A stretch of 64,000 nucleotides of DNA from positions 32,001-96,000 of the IMG/VR virus record IMGVR_UViG_3300046002_007411. One strand, 5' to 3'. Source of the DNA: a virus. The notes under the pieces are model-generated. The model saw only the letters and a program-made list of their open reading frames with translations. It did no database searches and had not been told where the DNA came from. This document shows, piece by piece, positions 48,611 through 58,092 of the stretch. Numbering within the stretch: the first letter of the stretch is position 1; every line of letters begins with the position of its first letter. Made by a program: the position numbers and the translations under genes.

Positions 48611-49048
48611 TTATTTGCGCTTTTTGCCTTTGGAGATATAAATTTGATCTTCAGTTAAAATTCTAAATGTCATACCATTTTGTTTGCAAAATGCCATGGC
48701 AGCAGCCCATTTGGCCATGTTGACAATTTGTGCTGCTTTGTCTTGTCGACTGCGAGCATGCTCAGCAAATACTTGGCTACGTGGTTTAACTTCCACAACT
48801 TCATGGCGTTTTTTACCATGGCCATCCTGATAAATGATCAAAAAATCTGGTATATATTGGCTGCGTTTGCCAGTAAGTGGATTTATATAGTTAATAGCTA
48901 TGCTTTCACTGGCCCATTGTATCACACTGGGATGGTTGTCTAGGAAGTTCATAACTGTGTGTTCCCAGCTGCTGCGGAAGTGAACATTTTGTTTGCCAAT
49001 AAGCTTTTCAGGATGTGTAGGAACAAAAGTTCCTTGGCTCCATTTCAT
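48611..49048 (-). CDS. head completion nuclease (T4 gp4-like, TnsA-like fold)
   Basis: FRSSWE, WASE, YIPDF, VEVKP, N.AKW.AA, FRILTE. Confidence 0.9.
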   Translation of the reverse strand: MKWSQGTFVPTHPEKLIGKQNVHFRSSWEHTVMNFLDNHPSVIQWASESIAINYINPLTGKRSQYIPDFLIIYQDGHGKKRHEVVEVKPRSQVFAEHARSRQDKAAQIVNMAKWAAAMAFCKQNGMTFRILTEDQIYISKGKKRK

Positions 49049-49548
49049 GATGTGTAGCCCTGAATATTACCACGTAATAAAGGATTGTTTTGCCAGTTGG
49101 GTTGTGTGTTTGCTCGCACAACTCCTATTTGGCTGCTGCTGTCACGCAAACTGTTATACACTGCTGTAAATCTAGGATCTAACTGCCCAGTTTCTTCATT
49201 GTAAAGTTTATTGGGATCAACTGTGGTATTTTGTGCAACGTAATAGCTAGCACTGGAAATTAACGGCTCACTTACGCCATCAGGAACTCCTATTTTTTGG
49301 AATACCCCTTTGACTCTATTGTATATTTGACTGGTGATTTGAGCTGTGGTAACAAACGGAACATTTGTAGTCAGCCAGTTGCCTGCATTGCCGCTGTCTT
49401 TAACACGTTCACGTGTTTTACTATCCACCCAAGCATATGCACCACCCGGCCCAGCTGTTTGTATGTTATTGCTGGCAATATTAATAGGAGGAGTGTTTAG
49501 AGCAATTTGCTTGCGTATGTTTTTTGCTATGGTATCATTATATGCCAT
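49045..49548 (-). CDS. hypothetical protein
   Basis: Start moved to MAYN; within tail operon. Confidence 0.65.
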   Translation of the reverse strand: MAYNDTIAKNIRKQIALNTPPINIASNNIQTAGPGGAYAWVDSKTRERVKDSGNAGNWLTTNVPFVTTAQITSQIYNRVKGVFQKIGVPDGVSEPLISSASYYVAQNTTVDPNKLYNEETGQLDPRFTAVYNSLRDSSSQIGVVRANTQPNWQNNPLLRGNIQGYTS

Positions 49549-49549
49549 T

Positions 49550-50584
49550 TTATAATCCAAAAACCAAAATACCAAAAGGACTTATAACAGGACTGATATT
49601 AACTGCACCGCCAACAGCTCCTAACAAGGGAACATAGACACTTTGAGCAATGGGACTAGGACTGTATATCAAATCACTTTTTGGTTGGTTTGCACGAGGA
49701 TTTGGTGGACCTTGGGCTAGACCAACACGCATGTCAAAATCAACTGGTTGTGGTGCCCCATTGACAGTGGCAGTCTCTGGACTAGCTGACGGTTCCACTG
49801 TTTTAAAGTCAAAACCTGCTTCGCGATAAACTTCTCGTGCTTCTGCGCCTGTGGGATTTTCATAAACAAGTGATTCATACTTGAAACTCATTGTTACTTC
49901 TGCCAAACCACTGTCACTGCTGTCAAAACTTCCCCAATCTATGCTGCTAATACGCGGACGCATGAGCTTGGTTACAACTGTGCCTTGCGCCCCTTTGCCA
50001 TCACTTCCGCCAAACAGGCTCCAGATTTCAATACTATCAAAAAAGTTTCTTGCGCCTACTTGCGCACTTAAACCATACCCATACTGAATATTTTCAAAAC
50101 TTTGTGGTAGTTGACTGCTAGCAGGAGCCAATCCATCTTGGTTATCTCGGCTTCGCGGATAAAGACTTTGGCTATCACCAAAGTAAAATCTAAAATAGTT
50201 GATCCAGAGATTCAAAGCGCGATTGTCACTTGTATCGTGTAACGTCATGGAAATATCGCGATATGTAACTTTGGTATAATTTTGTCGGCGTAGATTATAT
50301 TGATTGTTTTCTTGAGTTGCTAACTCAACTTTGGGTCTATCAACTTTTTTAACCAAAAAACTCACAGCACGTTGATCTTCAAACCCATTGAGTTTTAAAG
50401 GGCTTGCAAACATGTTATCTACTTGCTGTAGAGTTTGGCTGCCAACATTGGGATTGAGATTGAACCGTACATAATACATGAACTTGTAGCGCGGCAACGC
50501 ATACATTTTGTCGTTGGTTGCACGAGCAAAAAAGTTATTTGCATATGGTATAAAAGCTAACTGAGTGTCTTGATTTATTGGCAT
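49550..50584 (-). CDS. tail-tube-fold baseplate/tube initiator protein (gp48/gp54-like)
   Basis: PRYKF, VKKVDRPK, NQYN, ISMTLHD, WGSFD, VTMSFKYE resemble the adjacent tube protein. Confidence 0.7.
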   Translation of the reverse strand: MPINQDTQLAFIPYANNFFARATNDKMYALPRYKFMYYVRFNLNPNVGSQTLQQVDNMFASPLKLNGFEDQRAVSFLVKKVDRPKVELATQENNQYNLRRQNYTKVTYRDISMTLHDTSDNRALNLWINYFRFYFGDSQSLYPRSRDNQDGLAPASSQLPQSFENIQYGYGLSAQVGARNFFDSIEIWSLFGGSDGKGAQGTVVTKLMRPRISSIDWGSFDSSDSGLAEVTMSFKYESLVYENPTGAEAREVYREAGFDFKTVEPSASPETATVNGAPQPVDFDMRVGLAQGPPNPRANQPKSDLIYSPSPIAQSVYVPLLGAVGGAVNISPVISPFGILVFGL

Positions 50585-50603
50585 GGCTGTAATATTTAGT
50601 GAC

Positions 50604-50633
50604 AAAAAAAGGGCTTGAAACCAAGCCCTTTTT
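50604..50633 (-). terminator. intrinsic terminator after tube gene
   Basis: aaaaaaagggcttg-aaac-caagcccttttt. Confidence 0.85.
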
Positions 50634-50653
50634 GTTAAAACTTCCTGATTTAA

Positions 50654-51238
50654 TTATGCACCAGCAAGGGCTTCAGTTACTGCGGAGGTTAGAACAGTGT
50701 CTTGTGTGGCATTGTCATAACGCAGGCTCAGTGTTATTTGCATGGGTTCACTGCTGCTGTAATCAAAAGTATCATAAGTGACGTTTTGCAAGTAACAACC
50801 TTCAAGATACCAAGCTTCCAACACACCAACGTTACCACCATCAAGTGTTTCAATCTTGGTTCTAAACTTGAACTGACTGGCAGTTGTAGCACTCGTTTGT
50901 GCAAAAAAGTTATGTTGTCTTTGTAGTTGGGCGCTGACCAAACGGCTAACAGCACTGGTAATATCATCTTGTATGGTTATTTCCACGTTTTGCCAAGTGG
51001 GTTTTTGAGGCACATACATAATGTTGTTGTAGCTGTGAATAGCTGTTTCACCAAACTGCACTTGTGGTCGCCCTGCGCTTTTAACTTGACGAGTTAGGTC
51101 TAAAGTTGGTCCCAAACCAGCAAAACGATCCATTGTAACACGGAAACGATACTTTAGCTTGGGCATGAGCATGCCAATACCATTAGTGCCAGGCACTAGG
51201 GGTACACCAAATCTGCTCAATGTGGGGGTGAATACCAT
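50654..51238 (-). CDS. tail tube protein (gp19-like)
   Basis: PKLKYRFRV, WQNVEITIQDD, W.LEGC, ITLSLRYD; downstream of sheath. Confidence 0.88.
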   Translation of the reverse strand: MVFTPTLSRFGVPLVPGTNGIGMLMPKLKYRFRVTMDRFAGLGPTLDLTRQVKSAGRPQVQFGETAIHSYNNIMYVPQKPTWQNVEITIQDDITSAVSRLVSAQLQRQHNFFAQTSATTASQFKFRTKIETLDGGNVGVLEAWYLEGCYLQNVTYDTFDYSSSEPMQITLSLRYDNATQDTVLTSAVTEALAGA

Positions 51239-51309
51239 TGTGATTCCTCCGATAATGTAAGATTATTTAGCGAAAATATTTTTTTGACAGATTGGGTTGA
51301 ATGTTGCAG

Positions 51310-51317
51310 TATAAATA
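51310..51317 (+). promoter_or_regulatory. T4-type late promoter
   Basis: Perfect TATAAATA 31 nt upstream of ATG 51349. Confidence 0.7.
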
Positions 51318-51348
51318 TTTAAAATAAACTGTTGTATGCGAGAGTGCT

Positions 51349-53025
51349 ATGGATCTAAAAACTTTTTTGAACTTGAGTTCCAGTAAAAAATGGCTTGCTA
51401 CAGTCAAAAAAAATCCCACGTGGAAACAGCAGCTATCAGCAATATATCCCAGCATAGTCAACTTGAAAGAACAGATTTACTTATATTTTAATGATTTAGA
51501 TAAACCACCAATCTGTTCTAATCCTTCTTGCAGCAAAACAGTTTCATGGCACGCAAATCACTACAGCAATACATGCAGTCATCAATGCGCTAATCAACTG
51601 TTAAAGCATCTTGGAAAAGACCAAGAAATCAAAACAAAAATACGTAAGACAAATCAAGAAAAATATGGATGTGATAATCCACTGCAAAATGCTGCTGTTA
51701 AAAAACAACGACTGGAAACAATGCATTCAAAATACCAAGGTGGCGCTAGCCCTTGCGCTAGGCAAGCTGCTAGCAAACGAATGCAAACATTAAATCAAAT
51801 TTTACCAGAAATTTTGCAGGAAAAATATGGAGTAGCAAATGTGCAACAAATACCTGAGGTGCGTCGGCGTAGTCGAGAAACTCTGTTAGCCAATCACAAC
51901 GTTATAAATCCCAGTCAGATCCCTTATATCCAACAGCAACGCCAAGAAGACCTTTTAATAAACTGGCAATCTTTATGCAAAACCGTTGTTATAAATCAAA
52001 TATTAGATGATGTTACAACTGATTTGCCTTTTGCTAATAAAAGAATATCGTTTATATGCTGCTCTTGTCATTTAAATCAAACTTTACCTAGCGAAACATT
52101 TAAATGGAGGATTAGAGAAGCAAATACTCCTTGCATATCATGCAGCGGAATCAAGTCAGGAAGCTTGGAAGAACGTGATGTTGCTGAGTTTATCGAACAG
52201 CAGGGGTTTCAAATAGAGAGGAATACTCGACACATTATTGCTCCCAAAGAACTAGATATTTGGATTCCACAAACAAATATAGCCATAGAGTATTGTGGTT
52301 TATATTGGCATAGTGAGTCACAAATAGCTGACAAAAATTATCATAAAAACAAATGGCAACTTTGCCAAGATAAAAATATAAGGTTGATACAGGTGTTTCA
52401 GGATGAATGGCTGCATAATGGTGATTTAGTTAAATCACGGTTATTGCACATACTGCAAAAGCAGCGGATAAAAATTCATGCCCGTAAAACAAAAGTAATA
52501 GAAATATCTACCAAACAAGCACGAGCCTTTGCCTTGCAACATCATATACAAGGTCCAGGAACCGGGAACATTTGTTTGGGATTGCAGCACAATGATGATC
52601 TAGTTGCCGTAATGGATTTTGGCAAGTTAAGCATCAGCAAAGGACAAAAGCATGTCTTTAACACATATGAACTCACTAGGTTTTCCTCTAGCTATCCTGT
52701 TCCTGGAGGCGCTAGCAAGCTTTTTTCCTATTTCATAAACAAGTATCAACCTCAAGCTGTCTATAGTTACAGTGATTTGAGATGGAACACTGGACAACTA
52801 TATGAGACTTTGGGATTTCAGTTTGTCACTAACACTAATCCCAACTATTGGTATGTGCGAGGTGATAAAAGGTATCACAGATATAGTTTTAGAAAAGATC
52901 AGTTAGTTAAACTGGGGTATGATGCAACAAAAACTGAACGACAAATCATGGAAGAGTTGGGGTATGGAGTGATTTGGGATTGCGGTCATAGCAAATGGTT
53001 GTGGACAAAAAAGCCGGGCATTTAG
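51349..53025 (+). CDS. free-standing homing-endonuclease-like protein (KYG repeats, Vsr-like nuclease, C-terminal GNAT-like region)
   Basis: TNQEKYG/EKYGV repeats, ELDIWIP..IAIEYCGLYWHS, ELTRF..GGASKL..YSDLRW..G.LY..LGF; antisense between sheath and tube. Confidence 0.75.
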   Translation: MDLKTFLNLSSSKKWLATVKKNPTWKQQLSAIYPSIVNLKEQIYLYFNDLDKPPICSNPSCSKTVSWHANHYSNTCSHQCANQLLKHLGKDQEIKTKIRKTNQEKYGCDNPLQNAAVKKQRLETMHSKYQGGASPCARQAASKRMQTLNQILPEILQEKYGVANVQQIPEVRRRSRETLLANHNVINPSQIPYIQQQRQEDLLINWQSLCKTVVINQILDDVTTDLPFANKRISFICCSCHLNQTLPSETFKWRIREANTPCISCSGIKSGSLEERDVAEFIEQQGFQIERNTRHIIAPKELDIWIPQTNIAIEYCGLYWHSESQIADKNYHKNKWQLCQDKNIRLIQVFQDEWLHNGDLVKSRLLHILQKQRIKIHARKTKVIEISTKQARAFALQHHIQGPGTGNICLGLQHNDDLVAVMDFGKLSISKGQKHVFNTYELTRFSSSYPVPGGASKLFSYFINKYQPQAVYSYSDLRWNTGQLYETLGFQFVTNTNPNYWYVRGDKRYHRYSFRKDQLVKLGYDATKTERQIMEELGYGVIWDCGHSKWLWTKKPGI

Positions 53026-53037
53026 CCCGGCTTTTTT
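53007..53037. terminator. bidirectional intrinsic terminator
   Basis: aaaaaagccggg-cattta-gcccggctttttt. Confidence 0.88.
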
Positions 53038-53039
53038 AT

Positions 53040-56000
53040 TTAAGCTCTTGCTCCATTAGGTAATGGATCGCCAGTATTCAAAATACGTATTGGTATGTAT
53101 ATGAACTCAATAGCTTTAGTGGGTTTTATTGCTATGTCAATCCAAAGTTGATTTCCATCAATTCTTGCAGCAGTGTTATTGCTCTCGTCGCACACTACTG
53201 CATAGTCATAAACTGCACGCAATCCAACCAAGTTACCAAAGAAGTTATTGAAAGTAACCAACACAGCATCGCGTGTTTGCTTGTCATTGGGTTCAAACAA
53301 ATACACTTTGGCAATGTTATCAAGTTGATAACGCAGGTAACAAATCAAACGTGCAACATTGATTCTATCAAGAGCGCTTTGAACTGGACTTAGTGTTTTT
53401 TGTCCATATATCACCAAGCCTCTGTTGGGAATGAATGCAATGGGATTAATGCGGTTTTGATACAAAACATCACGTTGGCCTTGGTTCAACTTCACGGGTT
53501 GATATTCGCCCTCGCTTGTCAAATAACCCACGCTGCTTACACCAGTTACCAATCCACGGTTAAATCCAGCAGGAGCAAACCAGGGATAAGCTACTTGATC
53601 GTTAAATGCTATAGTGCGTAGTGCCATCATGCTGGGTGGCACAAACACTGAGCTGCCATCAAGATTGGTACTAAGAGCCCAGGGATACCAAACAGCAGCA
53701 TAAGCACTGTTGCTTGTTAGACCATCTGGTCCAGTTTCTGCAACATTGTTTGCATTTGTAGCCCAGTTAACTATAGCAGTTGCAGGGCTAGCTTGTAAAC
53801 TACTGGGTGTATCACCAACTACAAAAGCAATTTCCTTTTTATCAACGTTCAAAGCAACCATTTCTTCAATGCACTCGGGATACCCAGGAGCAGCAAGCAA
53901 GTTAAAGTATGTTTCTTCAGAGCGTGCATCTTCATTGCTTACCAATGCAGCTTGCAAAGCTCTAACTACCATCTGGCGTTGTGCTTGTGTACCCCAATAG
54001 GGACTTCCGTCATTTTGGTTGCCACTTGCTGTAACCCATGTGCCAACGCCTGCGCTAAACCAGTCAGGTTCCCATTCTTTAACATTGTTGGTGCTGTAAC
54101 GTGTGTTAAACAACAACATGCCAGTGGGATATAGTATGGGATCAGGTGCATCACTATCAACATAATCGCTAACCAACATATTGCTTTCACGTGTGCTGGG
54201 AGGAGTGGCTCCGTTGTTGCTACGAGCATCAAGGAACACAATACCAGCTGGTGATGTTTGGTCAGTGTTGTCTATTTGAACCCATTGACCGCCGCTAGCA
54301 ACGTATCTTTTCAACACAGGGCCATCAGCTTGGCTGGTATCCAACCAAATGTCATAGTCTACTAATGCACTGCCTGTGCTTTGTTCCACAGGTGCAAGGC
54401 TGCTTATCAATACACCATTGGGATCAGTTCCAGGATACACATTACGGTAACCTTTCCACTGATTTCCAGCATTTACCATGATATCAACTTGGAGATCAGT
54501 ATTAAACCAAAGTGTGCCTTGTGCAGGTTCTCCTTGAGGTGCAGTTGCGCTGGGTGTATAACTCAAAGGCACCCAAGCTGTGCCGTCCCAACGCAACAAC
54601 TGCATGTTGATTTGAGTAGGTGTGCTGTTGTCGCTATTGTAATAAGCAAAAATAGTTCCCGTTGCTTTACCTGCACCAAACGCTGCGTCTGCAACTGCTG
54701 TGCTGTTATACCAAGGTATAGTTCCAGTGTTGGGGTTGGTGTTTTGCTTGACCCAAGTTCCATTTATATAACGTCGAACTGTTATATTTACACCGCGGTT
54801 TTGACTTGTTGTATTGATCCACACACTGTTTGCTGCTAGCACTGGATTTGTACTGGGCACAGCTAGTGCAGGATAGTAGTCATTGTAAAATGCCTGGGCA
54901 CCATAAGTATAACCCACATCAATACCAGCGTCGGAGGAAAGTGGATTACCAAAAACTTCTTGTAGTGTGATATATGTTCCTGCTCGGCTAATAGTTAGAA
55001 CATTGCCTGTGCCGGAAGCCACAGTAGCACCAACAGCAGTGTTGATTTCTGCAACTACGTTTGCCAAAGTATTGTTAGGACTTGCAGGTACAACAACAGT
55101 TTTGGCCCCTCCTCCGATATCAACAGTAAACTGATCATTACCAGCGAAAGCGGGATTGGTTATTCCACCGGTAACACTACCAAAAAATGTTTGCTTGGTG
55201 CTGATACCCACGTTGCTCCAAAGTGGTTGGGTATTTGAAGTATCATGCACGTAAATGTCCGTGCCATCATAGTTTGTAATACGTAGATAAGAACTCAAAC
55301 CACTTGTATATATGTCAGCATTGGCATTCAAGCCCGCAGTTGCAAACTGCCCGTTTATGTTTGCTGCAAAAGTAGTCAATGTTCCCGGGGTTCCTGAACT
55401 GCCCAGTGTCCCCACACTTAATGTATTACTATTACCAATTGCAATCTCAGCAGAGACATTGCTTGTAAATGTAGGACTGCTAATGCTACCTATTACTTTA
55501 GTAGGACGTGCTTGCTGCCAACCCCAACCTACCATTACGTTTCCGCCGTTTACCACACTACTGTCGCTTGTGCCCACAGGGAACCAGTAGGATTTAGTAG
55601 TTGTATCTAACCCAAAACCCCATGTTACGTTGATTTTTTCAAACGTACGGTTACGGTAGCCACCATCGTCGTCCATAGCCAAAGTAGTTACTGCAAAACT
55701 ACCAGCTGATCCCACTGTGTTTTTTGGAATAATAAGGTTAGTGGGTTCTGTAGTAAAGCCCAAGGCAGTTAAAATACCACCGTTGCTACCAGCAAGTGTA
55801 ATTTCGTTCGTTATATCGGCACATTGCACACGCAAGCTAAAAACAGTTTGGACAGTTGTGTTGCTGGTTACTTCATTACGAGCAACAACTTCTGCACTGA
55901 TTTGCAACAAGTTAAGGCTGGTATCACCGTTAATAACATTGACAACATCAGTAATGCTTTGATTGGTATTAAGTGCAAGGCTAATTCCATTAATAATCAT

Positions 56001-56591
56001 TGTTGCATTGCTGCCAAAAACCGGTGTATCAGCTTGTGTGATTGGTGTTGCAGCAGAACCTTGTACTATTTTCTCTAAATCTGTTGCAGAATTTAGTACT
56101 AAAGGAGTTTTTGCTTTCCAGGCAAATGCGGGATTCACATTGCCATCGCTTTGGAACAAGCCCCAAGTGCTGTCAGTTTGCAGCCAATAGCTGTTGTTTG
56201 TTGGTGTCCCAGTGGGTTCAGTTGCGCTGGGTTCCAGTTGGTTCAAATCAACATCTGCTCGTATTACATAAGCGCGATTGGCTATTCCCAAATATTCGTA
56301 AGCAGTGAAAAGTCCAACTTCATTAAGTTCACTGTCATATTGTGGAGTGCCACCTACTGTGCTGAAGCTTGGTGAGCCATAATATTGCAACAAATCACGC
56401 TGACTTGTCATAAGCTCAAGCTTGCCAGCATTGGCTTTTGTTGTACCTTCTGCTACGTTTGTAGTCCCTGTCACTATTTTGTCTTGCGCGGTGGCAATGA
56501 CAACCAATGGAACAGTGCCAACAGGAGCCGTAGCATAAAAGCTCTCGTCGGTTACCGTTACTGAAACGCCAGGGGAAACTAAGTCGGCCAT
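53040..56591 (-). CDS. tail sheath protein (gp18-like, enlarged)
   Basis: LVSPGVSVTVTDES, PWFAPAGFNRG, LYQNRINPI, GQKTL, DRINVARL, FEPND, IKPTKAIEFIYIPI. Confidence 0.96.
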   Translation of the reverse strand: MADLVSPGVSVTVTDESFYATAPVGTVPLVVIATAQDKIVTGTTNVAEGTTKANAGKLELMTSQRDLLQYYGSPSFSTVGGTPQYDSELNEVGLFTAYEYLGIANRAYVIRADVDLNQLEPSATEPTGTPTNNSYWLQTDSTWGLFQSDGNVNPAFAWKAKTPLVLNSATDLEKIVQGSAATPITQADTPVFGSNATMIINGISLALNTNQSITDVVNVINGDTSLNLLQISAEVVARNEVTSNTTVQTVFSLRVQCADITNEITLAGSNGGILTALGFTTEPTNLIIPKNTVGSAGSFAVTTLAMDDDGGYRNRTFEKINVTWGFGLDTTTKSYWFPVGTSDSSVVNGGNVMVGWGWQQARPTKVIGSISSPTFTSNVSAEIAIGNSNTLSVGTLGSSGTPGTLTTFAANINGQFATAGLNANADIYTSGLSSYLRITNYDGTDIYVHDTSNTQPLWSNVGISTKQTFFGSVTGGITNPAFAGNDQFTVDIGGGAKTVVVPASPNNTLANVVAEINTAVGATVASGTGNVLTISRAGTYITLQEVFGNPLSSDAGIDVGYTYGAQAFYNDYYPALAVPSTNPVLAANSVWINTTSQNRGVNITVRRYINGTWVKQNTNPNTGTIPWYNSTAVADAAFGAGKATGTIFAYYNSDNSTPTQINMQLLRWDGTAWVPLSYTPSATAPQGEPAQGTLWFNTDLQVDIMVNAGNQWKGYRNVYPGTDPNGVLISSLAPVEQSTGSALVDYDIWLDTSQADGPVLKRYVASGGQWVQIDNTDQTSPAGIVFLDARSNNGATPPSTRESNMLVSDYVDSDAPDPILYPTGMLLFNTRYSTNNVKEWEPDWFSAGVGTWVTASGNQNDGSPYWGTQAQRQMVVRALQAALVSNEDARSEETYFNLLAAPGYPECIEEMVALNVDKKEIAFVVGDTPSSLQASPATAIVNWATNANNVAETGPDGLTSNSAYAAVWYPWALSTNLDGSSVFVPPSMMALRTIAFNDQVAYPWFAPAGFNRGLVTGVSSVGYLTSEGEYQPVKLNQGQRDVLYQNRINPIAFIPNRGLVIYGQKTLSPVQSALDRINVARLICYLRYQLDNIAKVYLFEPNDKQTRDAVLVTFNNFFGNLVGLRAVYDYAVVCDESNNTAARIDGNQLWIDIAIKPTKAIEFIYIPIRILNTGDPLPNGARA

Positions 56592-56710
56592 TGATTACCT
56601 CTCTAGAAAATGAATGCTTGTTATTTATAGGGAGGATGCCAAAATACCAGGGTTCGTGCATGGTATTTCAAATGCCGTTGACTTTAGTTCACTAAAACTT
56701 ATATTTAGGT

Positions 56711-57322
56711 ATGAGAAAAATTGTAGGTGTAGTGGGATTCATTGGCCATGGCAAGGGCACAGTGGGTGATTTTTTAGTTAGTGAATACAAGTTCACCTCA
56801 TGTAGTTTTGCACACACACTAAAAACTGCTGTTAGTGCTATTTTTCACTGGCCACGTGAGCTCCTTGAAGGTTCAACTTTGGAAAGTCGAGTTTGGCGTG
56901 AACAGCCTGATAAATGGTGGAGTGCCAAGCTTGGTAGAACAGTTACCCCTAGATGGGTTTTACAACATTTTGGAACAAATGTATTGCGACAGTATTTTCA
57001 TACTGATATCTGGCTATTAAGTTTGGAAAAGACAATAGCAGATATCCCGGGAAATGTTGTTGTAACTGATGTTAGATTTCCCAATGAAATACAAGCCTTA
57101 CAAGCATGGCAGGGCGATCTTTGGTGGGTGAAACGTGATACCCTTCCCCTGTGGTTTGAGCACAGTGGAAATAAGGATTACATGCAAATGAATTTTCCTG
57201 AAGTGCATGAAAGCGAGTATGCTTGGTTGGATTATAAAAAAGATTTCGTTGTGTTAAACAATACTGGCGATTTGCAAAACCTTTATCTACAAATACGTCA
57301 GCAGCTTTTAACTAACCAATAA
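56711..57322 (+). CDS. deoxynucleoside monophosphate kinase (gp1-like)
   Basis: GFIGHGKGT, SFA..LK, PRWVLQHFGT, DVRFPNE, HESE. Confidence 0.92.
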   Translation: MRKIVGVVGFIGHGKGTVGDFLVSEYKFTSCSFAHTLKTAVSAIFHWPRELLEGSTLESRVWREQPDKWWSAKLGRTVTPRWVLQHFGTNVLRQYFHTDIWLLSLEKTIADIPGNVVVTDVRFPNEIQALQAWQGDLWWVKRDTLPLWFEHSGNKDYMQMNFPEVHESEYAWLDYKKDFVVLNNTGDLQNLYLQIRQQLLTNQ

Positions 57323-58067
57323 TAACACCAAGAGGCATTGAATTATCGGTGTACTGCTGTAGCTCAATTTCCAAACGGTCCATCATTTCTTTGGCATCGT
57401 TTTTCAACGCTGCGCCGTTTAGTGTGGTTCCACCCTGCGGACCAATTATAGTAGCATACTTTTCATATGCCTCGCCCAGCATTTGTTTTGACCAAGCCAA
57501 GGTATAGTTGCGTATCCAGGGTCTAGCAAAAGGATCGCTTAACAGCTCATCTTCTGTTCTTGTCTTGTAAACCCAAAGCAACACTGCTTCACCACCTGTG
57601 GGTTTTCTCACAAGTTGCAGTTTTTTAGTTACTGTGTTAAAGGAATAGTTCAAATAAGCGCCGAACATACGCCCAGCTTGTTTGAGAAACTGGTTGAATG
57701 CTTCATATGTCAGTAGTCCCGCAGTGTAACCGCCACCAGCACCTGCTTGTAAAAGATACAAGTTAGTATATGCCAAGCTAAAGGGATCTAAACTTGTCCC
57801 ACCATTAGTTTCACCCAAACCTCTACGAAATATCTGTCGCACACTTATGATTTCTTGAGGTAGATAGTAAACGCCTTCTTCGTTCACTAACTCCAAAAAC
57901 ATATAAGCTTCTTCTTGAGCATTTCCGCTACGCAAGTTATAACGCTCAAAAGCCAAAGTAGCGGCTAGTTCGTAATCTTCAGATTCCAACTCACGATCAA
58001 TCATGCTTCCACCTAGCATTCTTTTAACTTCATTAATCAAGTTGACTCGCAAGGTACTAGTGGTCAT
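57312..58067 (-). CDS. neck protein (gp13-like)
   Basis: LGG.MIDREL, W..YTLA..K.MLGE..KY, GGTTLNG. Confidence 0.85.
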   Translation of the reverse strand: MTTSTLRVNLINEVKRMLGGSMIDRELESEDYELAATLAFERYNLRSGNAQEEAYMFLELVNEEGVYYLPQEIISVRQIFRRGLGETNGGTSLDPFSLAYTNLYLLQAGAGGGYTAGLLTYEAFNQFLKQAGRMFGAYLNYSFNTVTKKLQLVRKPTGGEAVLLWVYKTRTEDELLSDPFARPWIRNYTLAWSKQMLGEAYEKYATIIGPQGGTTLNGAALKNDAKEMMDRLEIELQQYTDNSMPLGVIIG

Positions 58068-58092
58068 TTTGGTCTCCTGAGATATTTAGCAG

